Shown piece by piece: positions 26,701 through 39,570 of a stretch of 64,000 bases of DNA (the stretch's first letter is position 1; the number at the start of each line of letters is the position of its first letter). The notes below the pieces were generated by a model. The model made no database searches, was not told the origin of the DNA, and saw nothing but the letters and a program-made list of their open reading frames with translations. Source of the DNA: Octopus sinensis (taxonomy: Eukaryota); contig NC_043006.1 of the NCBI RefSeq assembly GCF_006345805.1, positions 57,040,001 to 57,104,000 of the forward strand. The letters are read 5' to 3'. The position numbers and the translations under genes are program-made.

Positions 26701-26840
26701 AGATGCGGGCAGCAGCGTCAAACTCCCTTGTTGATCAAGTGCCACGTATCAGAGGTGGATTCACATATTAGTGTAGCTCATTCAGCGGTGGTGCCCCAGC
26801 ATGGCCGCGGCCTTCGGGTTAAAACATTTTTAAGGATTTT
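23723..26840 (+). mobile_element. CR1/L2-group LINE, ORF2 (APE endonuclease + RT), disrupted
   Basis: APE motifs [30 protein letters not shown] and MGDFNFP. RT motifs QHGF, YLDFAKAFDKVDH, GVPQGTVLGP and YADD. Stops at 25500-25502 and 26001-26003. 3' tail gtgccccagcatggcc. TA tracts on both flanks. Confidence 0.95.
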
Positions 26841-26843
26841 ATA

Positions 26844-26886
<43 letters not shown>

Positions 26887-26897
26887 ATATATATGTG

Positions 26898-26938
<41 letters not shown>

Positions 26939-27744
26939 GATATTTTAATAAGTCTTTTTGTATAATATTGTATTTTATATAAATACTGATGGTTATGTAA
27001 TGATCTAGTTATCTAGGAAAAAACAGGATGGAAGAGTACAGAAAAAATTATTACGCGTGAAAATATAAAAATATATGAAATGATAAAAGGTATGAGATAT
27101 GTTTTTTCCTGTGCCTATATAGACGTGTATATAGATTCATTTGTACATGTGTGTGAATATGTATGTATGAGTGGGCAGTTTTAGATGTGTGCATGTGTGC
27201 GGGCATAAGAATGCATATATATATATAGACGTTTTTACTTGGTATTTAAAAAATTTTTTAGGTTTTTTTTTGGCATATGTATATTCCTTTTTTGTGTATG
27301 CGTGTGTGTATGTGTATATAAACATGTGCGGGTATGTACATACATGGGCGTGTGTGTGTGTGTATGAGTGCATAAGGGCATGTCCGTATATGAACGTGGT
27401 TTTTATGCTTTGTAGACTTCCCTATGTTTTTTTCTGTTACCATGGTTTTTCTTGTGCTTGTGCGTATATAGATGTACATATGAACTTTTACAGTATGCGT
27501 GTGTGTATGAGTTTGTATATATATGCGTATACATTTAGCGAAAAATGTGAGTGAAGATGTGTACGTTTTTATAGTGACATATAAGTATGCACATGGGTTC
27601 CCGAGCGCACATGTGAGCGTATGAGTAGCCATGTTTACGTGTTTACTATGAACTTTTAATCTTAATTTATATAAGTAGCGGAATTATAACAGTAATTTCC
27701 CTTTATATAACGGTACTTTTTTTATAGCATTTTTTCAGATGGCC

Positions 27745-27807
27745 AGATAACCGAAGAGATGGTGTTGTGGTTTTCCACTTCGGCATCTGAAACTCAGAGT
27801 TTTATCT
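27745..27807 (+). ncRNA. Degenerate type I hammerhead-like motif
   Basis: Stem I agataa/ttatct, core CCGAAGA (U4 to C), stem II gatg/catc with one extra T before GAAA, palindromic stem III actc-a-gagt, triplet GTT. Confidence 0.45.
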
Positions 27808-27928
27808 TGACTATTGATTAATTGTAACATTATTTTATAGATAACTTTCCTCTATTTACATAATATTGAGGTCTCTTTGTTTCTTACGTTATCTTACCGT
27901 TTTTACAATTATATATATATATATATAA

Positions 27929-28560
27929 TTATAAAATATTATAATAATCCAGGTTTCTCGGAGCACTAGGCCACTTGGTGTTGAATAGATATACTATTAA
28001 ATTAGTATCTAATTCTCTCACCCTTATAATTAATTATAATTATGCTGCATTTATTTCTAAATGCTGTATTTGTTTTCCGTGAAAGTTTGGCGCGCTGTTA
28101 GTTGGGGCATTTGAATTATAACGTCGGATGTAATCAATTGAACCACACGCGTATTTATCGTTATGGTAAAATCTGGCGTGTGATTGAGTGGATTTCATCC
28201 AGATAGTTTTGGCTGACGAGCTACAAGTGGATTTTTTGTAAGTAAAATTACATTTAATTCATTAATAGCGAAACAATTGTCCCAAAATAATCTGTATTTT
28301 TGTTATTTTTTATTTGCCCTGTCCGTGTGAGCTAACAATCGTACTGACTTTCATGGGAAACATGTATTTTTGTGGTTGAAACCTTTTGGATTAACTGGTG
28401 CTAGAGTGAGCCATATAGTGACCACTCTCTTATATTTATTTTGTAAAAATATTGTAATATATTATAAAATATTATAATAATCCAGGTTTCTCGGAGCACT
28501 AGGCCACTTGGTGTTGAATAGATATACTATTAAATTAGTATCTAATTCTCTCACCCTTAT
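27929..28560 (+). mobile_element. Non-autonomous hammerhead-containing element with 99-bp terminal direct repeats (Penelope-type or retrozyme-like)
   Basis: 27929-28027 is repeated at 28462-28560 (period 533). No ORF. Contains the hammerhead at 28207-28287. TA tracts on both flanks. Confidence 0.7.
28207..28287 (+). ncRNA. Type I hammerhead ribozyme
   Basis: Stem I ttttgg (28207-12)/ccaaaa (28282-87); core CTGACGA (28213-19); stem II gcta/tagc closing a 42-nt loop; GAAA (28270-73); minimal palindromic stem III AC-aatt-GT; GTC triplet with predicted cleavage after 28281. Confidence 0.85.
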
Positions 28561-28610
28561 TAATTAATATATATATATATATAATATAATATATATATAT
28601 ATATATATAT

Positions 28611-28818
28611 GTTGCCAGCCTCGCCTGGCACTCTACAGGTGGCACGTAAAAAAGTACCCACTACACTCACGGAGTGGTTGGCGTTAGGAAGGGCATCAAG
28701 CTGTAGAAACACTGCCAGATAAGACTGGAGCCTGGTACAGCCTTCTGGCTTCCCAGATCCCCGGTCGAACCGTCCACCCATGCTAGCATGGTGAACGGAC
28801 GTTAAACGATGATGATGA
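28611..28818 (+). mobile_element. RTE 3'-end-only copy
   Basis: Same tail as 58420-58590, ending in (gat)n. Confidence 0.8.
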
Positions 28819-28904
28819 TATATGTATATATATATATATGTGTGTGTATATATATATGTATATATATATGTGTAATATATATATATGTATATATATATAT
28901 GTGT

Positions 28905-28936
<32 letters not shown>

Positions 28937-28999
28937 TATGTGTATATATATGTATGTGTATATATATATGGTATATATATATATATATATGTGTGTATA

Positions 29000-29033
<34 letters not shown>

Positions 29034-29177
29034 GTGTTATATATATATGTGTATATATATATGTGTGTATATATATAATGTGTATATATATGTATGTGTA
29101 TATATATATATGTGTATATATATATATGTGTATATATATATGTATATATATATATATATATGTGTATATATATATGT

Positions 29178-32100
29178 ATGATTGATTGATTGATTGATTG
29201 ATTCTAGTTTCAGCTCATGAGCTGTGGCCATGCTGGGGCACCGCCATTTGGTGTTGCTACATGGTTTTACTTCACAAAAACTTTTTAGCAACTGCCATTT
29301 GGTGCATGAGAGAGTTCGATGCAGCTGCCCTCATCTGCACCTCCTGCCGTGAAGTTGGTTCATCTGGGATACCTGACAGGAAGAGATCCAGTTTCATTTT
29401 AAAGACATCTGCATCCACCCCATGCAGGTATCTTAGGTTCTTCGGGAGGATATTGAAGAGCTGTGGGCCTCGGAAGCCCAGGCTATCACAGTATCTTGTC
29501 CTACATCTTGATGGCAAATTTGGAGTCCTAGGCACCACGCAGTGGCGCCCAGTTCTGGTATTTGTGTAACTCTCGATGCCAAAGTTTGGGACAAGTCCCT
29601 CCAGGATCTTCCAGATGTATATTATGGCATATCTTTCCCGCCTACGCTCCAAGGAATATAGTTTTAATCTCTTGAGTCTTTCCCAGTAGCTTATATTCTG
29701 CATAGAGGCTATCTTCTTCGTGTAGCTACGTTGGATCGCCTCAAGTTCTGTGATCAATTTGACACTGGATGGTGACCATAACTGAGAGCAATAGTCAAAG
29801 TGGCTTAGGACAAGTGTCCTCCAGAGGACCATCATGGTTTCTTGTTCTCTTGTTCTAAAGGTTCTGAGAATCCATCCGGCCAGTCGTCTACATTTCATTG
29901 CCAATATAGCAACATGTCCACGAAAGGTTGCGTCATCACTCATGTAAATATCCAGGTCACGCACTGATTGTGCCTCTGAGATTGCAATTCCTCCGGGTCC
30001 AGTGTATTCATTGGGTATTGCATTTAGTTTTGCATGCTGATAGTATAAAGCTTGAAACTTTTCAGCATTGAACTGCATGCTATTCTTTTCAGCCCACTTG
30101 TATATTTTGTCCAGCTCACATTGCAGGCGTTTAGTGTCCTCAGGGTTCTGTATTGCCTGTGAAACTTTTGTATCATCAGCATAACTTGTGATCGTGGCTC
30201 TCTGCGTGACTGAGGGCATGTCTGAGAGGGCCATTATGAACAGTAGTGGTCCCAAAATAGTGCCCTGTGGAACACCGCTCACTATTTGCGTGTTAATGGA
30301 AGTGGCCCCATTGGCTACTACCACCTGACTTCTATCTTTCAGAAAGTCATGAAGCCATTCTCCCAGTTTTCCAACTATGTTGAGATCACGCAGTTTGTGA
30401 CATATCATTCCATGATCGACTTTATCAAAGACCTTTGCAAAGTCGAGATATGTCACTTCCACATTTGAGTGGTTGAGCAGTCGTTTCAGCACCCAGTCAT
30501 AGTGTTGTAGGAGCTGAGTTAAGCAGCTTCTCCCTGGTCGGAAACCATGTTGGGTGTCGGGCAGCAAGTCATTTTCTTCAAGGAAGGTGATCAGTTTCCT
30601 TCTGACTATTCGTTCCATGACCTTGCTGATGTGTGAGGTCAGAGAGATAGGTCTGTAGTTCTTGGCCTCCGCTCTGCTACCTCCTTATGAATAGGTCATA
30701 TTTTACCTTCCTTCAGTTTTCTTGAAGTTTGCCAGCTGCAAGGAAGCTCTGAAAGAGGAACTGCAGTGGTCTTGCTAGGACTCTCTTACATACTTTTAGG
30801 AGGATTGCCGGGAATCCATCGGAGCCAGTAGCTGAGTCTGTTTTCATTTCATCTATAGCCTTTATTACATCGTCTTCCTTTATATCGATGTAATTTATCA
30901 TCGCCGCCTCTGATTTTATATCTGCAATGGTAAAGAAGTCAGTTGGATTAGTGATTTGGAAATGCCCAAGGGGTGGAGTGAAAACACTCTTGAATTGCTC
31001 ATTCAGTATTTCACTTACCTTCATTGGTTTTCCTGTGAGTGTGCCATCCTTTTCAAGGAGTGGCCCTATCCTACAGTGCACCGTAGCTGTTTCTTTGGCA
31101 TACCTGTAGAAAGCTCTGGGGTTAGATTTTATGTTGTCTATAGCCCAGGCTTCTTTGTCTGCTCTTTCCTTTTCGTGGGAGAGTTGCAGACATTTTTCAA
31201 TTTCCAACAGTTTTATTTTCGGGCGGGACTTTTCACTGTTTTCAATTTGTTTGTTTAGGCAATTTGAAATTTTTGTACGCCGTCTCATTAAAATTTTCCT
31301 CTCTCTGGGGATTTTGTTCTTGTGTACAGTGGCCTTTCTCTCTGGGACACATTTGTAGCATATGGCTTGCATTACAGACATGAATTGTTGAAGTTTCACA
31401 TCGATGTCTGGCGAGGAGAGACATTCAGGCCAGTTTTGTTTGAGGATCTCTTTCTCAATTTGTTTCCAGTTTGCCTTATGGAAGTTCAAGCTGGAAAGAT
31501 TCTGAGGGTTTCTTGTAGGCTGCATGTCCATGCTTTCCTTTGGCCTGTACATGGTCAGCTCTACCATGTTGTGATCCGAGTGTAGTGTCGGTGTCACTTT
31601 CACATTATGGATGAGATCCATATTATTTGTGAAGCAGAGATCCAGTGTGTTACCTGCCCTGGTTGGTTGGAGTATTACTTGCTCCATGTACAGGGTGTTG
31701 ATGAGGTTCAGGAGGGACCTCGCCTGTCCTCGTTCACATCTTGTCATTCCTGGGAGAGAAAGGCCTCGGGCCATCTGACATTGGGTAGATTGAAGTCTCC
31801 CATAAGAAGTACACTTATGTGTTGTTCTAATGCGATTAGAACTTCTATTTTTATAAGGCAGTCTTCAAACTTGCCTACATGGCTTGGGGCATCTGGAGGG
31901 CGATATGTAGCACACATAACTACATCAAGTTGCTTATATGTACAATTAGTGTGTCACACACCGAGTTTGAGTATGACAAAAGGACCTGGGGTGTGAGGTC
32001 CTCACGGATGTACATAGCAACTCCTCCATGACTCCTTTCTTTTCTGTCGGTCCGTAGTACAACATACTGTGGTATGTGTAATTCCGCATCTGCTATGTCC

Positions 32101-32412
32101 GGTTTCAGGTGCGTTTCTTAAGTGCTATGCATAAGGCTTGATTGCATACAACAAAGTCTCTCAAGAACAGGATTTTTGTCCTGTTACTGAGTGTTTACAG
32201 TCCTCTGATGTTCAGTAGGAGCATCGAGGTGAGGTGTATGTTGTTGCCGGTGGTGTCCACCTTGGGTCTGTTTGCTGTGGTGGTCTTGTATATTGTGGGT
32301 AGTCCCATCTGCGAGCTTGGGTTTTATGAAGCCAGGTTAGATGCTGTACAATCTTTTGTGCCATGCACAAAAAAGATTCTTGCTCAGCAGCTGCCCTTTC
32401 AACAACATCATG
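29178..32412 (-). mobile_element. CR1/L2-group LINE: end of ORF1 plus ORF2 (APE + RT)
   Basis: Track ORFs 30713..31774 and 29272..30618 (an uninterrupted 448-aa RT plus C-terminus: QHGFRPGRSC, LDFAKVFDKVDH, GVPQGTILGP, YADD). APE remnant lies at 31800-32200. Tail (caat)n. TA tracts on both flanks. Confidence 0.95.
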
Positions 32413-32713
32413 TTGTATATATATGTATATATATATATATGTGTATATATATGTATATATATATATATGTGTGTATATATATGTATATATATATGTGTAT
32501 ATATGTGTGTATATATATATGTGTATATATGTGTGTGTATATATATATATATATGTGTGTATATATATATATATGTGTATATATATATATGTGTATATAT
32601 ATATATATGTGTATATATATATATATGTGTTATATATATATATGTGTATATATATATATATATGTATGTATATATATATATATATGTATGTATATATATA
32701 TATATATATGTAG

Positions 32714-32745
<32 letters not shown>

Positions 32746-32768
32746 GTGTATATATATATATAGTATTG

Positions 32769-32804
<36 letters not shown>

Positions 32805-33149
32805 TTAGTTATATATATATATGTGTATATATATATATATATGTGTTATATATATATATATGTATATGTGTATATATATATATATATGTGTATATATATA
32901 TATTGTATATATATATATATATGTGTAATATATATATATATGTATATGTGTATATATATATATATATGTGTATATATATATATATATGTATATATATATA
33001 ATATATGTTGTGTATAATATATATATTATATATATATATATATTATATATATATATATGTGTATGTATATATATATATATATCTAATATATATATGTGTG
33101 TGTATATATATATATATATATATGTATAATATATAGTGTGTATGTAATA

Positions 33150-33180
<31 letters not shown>

Positions 33181-33185
33181 ATGTG

Positions 33186-33230
<45 letters not shown>

Positions 33231-33233
33231 GTG

Positions 33234-33280
<47 letters not shown>

Positions 33281-33374
33281 GTATATATATATATGTATAT
33301 ATTATATATATATTATATGTATTATATATAGTGTATGTATATATATATAATATATATGTATATATATATATGTG

Positions 33375-33451
<77 letters not shown>

Positions 33452-34061
33452 GTGTATATATTATATATGTATTATATATATATGTATATATATATATATG
33501 TATATATATATATGTGTATATATATATATATATGTGTATATATATATATAGTGTGATATATATATAGATATATATATATATGTATATATATATATATTAT
33601 GTGTATATATATATATATATATATGGTATATAATATATTATATGTGTATATATATATGTAATATATATATATGTATATATATATATGTGTTATATATATA
33701 TGTGTATATATATATATATGTATATTATATATGTGTATATATATATGTATTATAATATATGTATATATATATATATATGTATATATATATAGTGTATATA
33801 TATATATATATGTATGTATATATAATATGTATATATATATATGTATATATATATATGTGTGATATATATATATGTGTATATATATATATATATGTATATA
33901 ATATATGTGTATATATATATATGTATATCTATATGTATATATATATATATGTATATAGATATATTGTATATATTATATATAATGTATAATATAGTATATT
34001 GTATTATATTATATATATATTAGTTATATATATAGATTTATAATTGTATATATATATTATG

Positions 34062-34110
<49 letters not shown>

Positions 34111-34164
34111 GTGTATATATATATATATGTATATATATATATAATATATGTATATATATATGTG

Positions 34165-34195
<31 letters not shown>

Positions 34196-34402
34196 GTGTA
34201 TATATATATATGTATATATATATGTGTATATATATATGTATATATATATATTGTGTATATATATATGTGTAATATATATATATGTGTATATATATATGTG
34301 TATATATATATGTATATATATATATATATATATATGTATTATATATATGTGTATATATATATATGTGTATATATATATATATGTGTATATATATATGTAT
34401 AT
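32413..34402. repeat. About 2-kb (TA)n/(TATG)n compound microsatellite
   Basis: Almost pure TA with interspersed GT. It generates the Y/I/M/C-rich spurious ORFs. Confidence 0.95.
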
Positions 34403-37083
34403 CAGACACCCCTAGTCATGAAGGAGTGTTTGAAGATAGCCTCAGAAGAATAGAAGAAGTCCTGGACAAACTGGACCAGGGTAACACCGTTCTACTGCTG
34501 GAGATTTTAACCTTCCGAAAGTCAAATGGCCAGATGGCCATCTCCTCCCTGGAATGACATCACTTGAACAGAGACAGACAAGTTCTTGTTGGCTCTCACA
34601 CGCAAGTTTTTCATGGAGCAAGCAGTGCTTTGGCAACAAGAGGTGAGAATGTCTTGGCCTCTGTTTCACAAGCAACCCGATGCTCATCCACAACATAATG
34701 GTAACACCAACAATTCACTCAGACCACAACTTAGTAGAGGTAATGATATGTGGTATGAGAGAGTTAGTTGAGACGCAGCCATTAGAAAATACCACAGGCC
34801 TATCCAGTCTAAACTTCCATAAGGCAAACTGGAAGAAGATCAACGAAGAGATCCGAAAACATGACTGGAGTGACTTCATCACCACACAAGACACCAACAC
34901 ACATTTCCAACATTTCATGACAACAATACAGAACATATGCCATAAGTTTGTCCGGAGAAAAAAGCCAGCGGGCATAGGAACGTTATTCCCAGAGACAGGA
35001 AAATACTTATGAGGCGAAGAGCTAAGCTCTCGAAGCAACTGAATGCACGGCAGAGAAACAATGAGGGACTCCACCTGAAACTTTTTGAAACGGAAACTGC
35101 ACTCAAACTTCCTATGAGAAGGAGAGGGCAGAGAGAGAACCAGGGCCATAGAGAATATTAAAACAAACCTAAAGCCTTCTTTAAATTTGCGAAAGAAACC
35201 ACCTCGGTACACTGCAAGATTGGCCCACTCTTTGATAAAAAGGCTCTCTAACTGAGGACCCCCAAGGGATAAGTGAAATACTAAAGGAACAGTATAAAAG
35301 TGTGTTCACATCCCCTCTGGGGCACATGCAAATCACAAACCCAGAAGTTTTCTTTGATGCCACAACACTCCAAAACCAAACAACAACCATCGACCACATA
35401 GACATAACAGAGAGGGATGTATATCTGCCATAGAAGAAATGAGAATAAACTCAGCTGCTGGACCAGATGGATTCCCAGCAGTCCTCCTAAAAGCATGCAG
35501 GCATGCCCTAGCGGGACACTGAAGAAGCTCTCTCAGTGGTTCCTTGGCTAACGTAAAATGCCCAGGGCGCTCTAAAGAAGGCACCATATGCCCTATCCAC
35601 AAAGGAGAGAGTAGAGCAGAGGCCAAAAACTACAGGCCAGTCTCCCTGACGTCACACATAAGTAAGGTCATGGAACGAATCATCAGAAAAAAACTGATCA
35701 CGTTCCTCGAAGAAACTAACCGTCTCACTGACACACAGCATGGCTTTCGCCCAGGAAGAAGCTGCCTTACGCAGCTGTTACAACACTACGCTGTACTGAA
35801 ACAACTACTGGATCGCTCACAGGTAGATGTGGTATATCTCGACTTTGCGAAGGCCTTTGACAAAGTCGACCACGGAGTGATATGTCACAAATTACTCAGA
35901 CTCGGCATAACAGGAAAAGTAGGTGAGTGGAACATGACTTCCTGAAGGACAGAAGCCAGATGGTTGCAGCCAATGGAGCCCTCTCGGGAAAGACACCAAT
36001 AGCAAGCGGGGTGCCACAGGGCACAGTCTTGGGACCCTTGCTGTTTTTGGTGGCGCTCTCTGACATGCCCTTGGTAGCACAAACAACATCCCTCACTAGC
36101 TATGCTGATGACACAAAGGTAGCACAGGCAATCAAAAACCCAGCTGATGCTGACCTTTTACAACAAGATCTGGATGCCATATACAAATGGGCTGAAGACA
36201 ACAACATGCAATTTAATGCTGGTAAATTTCAAGCCTTACAATATCAAGCTGTAAACACATATACATTACAACACAAACTATACTGGTCCAGGAGGGATCG
36301 AAATCCCAGTATCGAAATCAATACGGGACCTGGGGATAGACATGAGTGACGATGCATCTTTTTCTTCACACACATCGCGAAGGTGGCGACAATGTGCAGA
36401 CGACTCACTGGCTGGATCCTGAGGACATTCCGGACAAGAGACTGCAAGACCATGTTGACACTATGGAGGACATTTGTCCTAAGCCGCCTGGACTACTGCT
36501 CCCAACTGTGGTCACCGCATAGTGTCAAACTAACCACAGAGCTTGAGACAATCCAAAGACATTCACCAGAGGATTTCCACCATGAAAGAAAAAAACTATT
36601 GGGAGAGGCTTAGGGAACTCAATTTGTACTCCTTGGAACGAAGACGAGAGAGATATGCAGTGATATACATATGGAAAATCCTGAGGGACTAGCACCAAAT
36701 TTTGGAATTGAGAGCTGTTCCAATCCCCGTACAGGACGTCACTGTGTGGTGCCAAAGGTCCCGTCTTCCACATCCAGGGTAAGGAGCAGATACTGTAATA
36801 GCCTGGGGTTCAGGGGCCCTCAGCTGTTCAACAAACTGCCAAGAAAACTAAGAGATCTACATGATGCGGATGTGGACATTTTCAAAAAACATCTAGACAA
36901 GCTGCTTTCCGGGATCCCAGATGAACCCTGCAAGGTACGAAGGTAACCTAAGGGCAGCAGCTACAAACTCTCTCTTCGATCATGGCCAGCCACGGCAAAC
37001 TGGACTTAGAGAGGGTAGCAACAAGGGCGGTGCCCCAGCATGGCCTCAGCCGGATGGCTGAAACAAGTAAAAGAGTAAAGAGT
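34403..37083 (+). mobile_element. CR1/L2-group LINE ORF2 (5'-truncated in APE, frameshifted), divergent subfamily
   Basis: GTICPIHKG, QHGFRPGRSC, YLDFAKAFDKVDH, GVPQGTVLGP, YADD. Tail gtgccccagcatggcctcagccggatggctgaaacaagtaaaaga. Confidence 0.93.
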
Positions 37084-37166
37084 ATGTGTATATATATATA
37101 TATGTATATTATATATATATATGCATATATATATATATGTATATGTATAATATATGGTGTATATAG

Positions 37167-37199
<33 letters not shown>

Positions 37200-37287
37200 T
37201 GTATATATATTATATATATATGTATATATGTCTATATATAATGTATATATATGTATATATATATGTATATATGTATATATGTATATA

Positions 37288-37342
<55 letters not shown>

Positions 37343-37383
37343 ATAATATGTAATATATATAGATATATGTATATATATATATA

Positions 37384-37418
<35 letters not shown>

Positions 37419-37447
37419 TGTTATATATATATATATATATATATATG

Positions 37448-37488
<41 letters not shown>

Positions 37489-37582
37489 TATATATATCTA
37501 TATTATATGTATATATATATATATATATAATATAATAGTATAGAATATATATATATATGTATATATATAATAGATATATCTC

Positions 37583-37619
<37 letters not shown>

Positions 37620-37911
37620 ATATATATATATATATATATATATTAGTTTATATATGTTATATATATATATCTATGTATATATATATATATTATATATATA
37701 TATATATATATAATATATTGTGTAATATGTATATATATATATGTGTGTATATATGTATATATATGTAATATATATATATATTATATATATGTTATATATA
37801 TGTGCATATATGTATATATATATGTGCATTATGTATATATATTATGTATATATATATAATGTGTATATATGTATATATATGTATATATATATGTATATAT
37901 ATATGTATATA
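37084..37911. repeat. (TA)n microsatellite, about 0.8 kb
   Basis: Read directly from the sequence. Confidence 0.95.
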
Positions 37912-39550
37912 TCTCTTATTTATAAAAGGCAGATTTTATCGCCTCCCTTTGTAACTTATAGAAATCTACAATATAGGATTTCTTCAATACAATTTACCTA
38001 GCATTTTTAAGTAGAATGCATCGGGTCATGCCAGGTCCAGTTTTACAATTTAAACTCCAATTAAGCAAAATTTACAGAAAACTCACATTCTGGTGTGTAT
38101 GTCAAATGCTTTTCTTAATGTGGTTTACACCACACGCACACGCACACACACAGTGTGCAACGAATAAAATGAAAGTAAATAGCGACAGAGTGATTTGAGG
38201 AAGACTAAACTGAAAGTATTTAAACCACTACTCAAAAATAAAAAAACACAGCAAACAGAAACAAATAAATACATAACGATTTACTCCTCACACAATCTCT
38301 TCAATTAGAGTTTACCTAAGATTTTTCAAAGTACTCCATTTGGTCATGCCATAATATATTTCTTTCAATTTCACCCTAATTAAGACAAATTCGAGAAAAC
38401 TCAATATTTTAACATTTCACTCCGAAAGCATTGATGTACATGTGTGCGTGCGTGAGTGTGTGTGTGTGTGGTGTTTGATGGGTTGTGCGACACAGAAGTG
38501 TGGTGTGTAAGTGAAATGCTTTTTGTGTGTGTAAAGAGACAGACAGAGTGAAAGACAGAAATAACTGAACTTTTTTTATTCACTTTGTGTAGTGAGTGGG
38601 TGACTGAGAGAGAAAAGAGAGAGAGAGGTTATGTATGTATATATGTATGTATGGCTTCAGTGACACACACACAAAAACACATACCTACGTACACCTAAAG
38701 CACGCACACACCCACACAAGCGGAGCGCGAACTTCAAAATTTTGGTAGTATTAATTTGCGAGCGTACTTCTAAGCGCGCGTAATTGAAAGTTTTCACTAT
38801 GATATCATCACGTGCAAAAAAATTCGAAGGGTTTTGAACAATTGAGATACAGATGTCACGCCTGTATTGAAACCATTGCTAAGCTGCCGTAATTGCTTAA
38901 TTAAGACTTTGTTTAAATTGAAAGGGGCAAATATGTGACGAGGTTGTAAAAAAAATACCCCAGAAAAAAAACATATGTATTGCTGGTATTTATATAATTC
39001 ACTACTATTTTGCTACATGTTATGAAAAAGAAAAACTTTAGGTATGTAAATCGAATTCGCCACCCCCTTTTCCCGTTCGCGTAAAAAAAATTATTTAAGT
39101 TTTTAAAATTATTTACTTTGTTCAAAAAATATTAATATTAATTAATTTTCAAGACTTATTTAATTTTATTCTGTAAAATAGTAATTAATTCATTTATCTG
39201 TAAATCCGCGAGGTTGTTACTCAGGCACCTAGAATGGTAACCTTCAACTAACTATCTCCTCCGAGACCCTGTGGCGCAAGTTGACCAAAATTGAGAGTAT
39301 GGTAGAAGAAGGGTTCTCTTCCTTTCCGTAGAACATAAAATTCAAATCGGACCATGTTAACACCAAAAATTATTTACATCAAAAAGATGCTTTTTTCTAT
39401 GAAAATCCCTATTTTTACGATTTTTTCACTGCTGTGTCGCCACTTTTCGGTGTATTTCGACCAGAAAAATGTTCACAAAATTTTTACTTTTCAAAATTAC
39501 AATTCCAGCGGGTCGAAACAAACCCGAGCAACGCCGGGCGATACTGCTAG
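37912..39550 (+). mobile_element. Non-autonomous Helitron
   Basis: A|TC 5' end (tctcttatttataaaaggcagattttatc), subterminal hairpin cccgagcaacgccggg (39523-38), CTAG|T 3' end. Confidence 0.85.
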
Positions 39551-39570
39551 TATATATATATATATGTATA

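Noticed and set aside
34403-37083. Numerous frameshifts as evidence of great age (also in the RTE at 55423-57700)
   Set aside because: Many are single-base indels in otherwise well-preserved, CpG-retaining sequence and could be assembly consensus errors. Age cannot be judged without reads.
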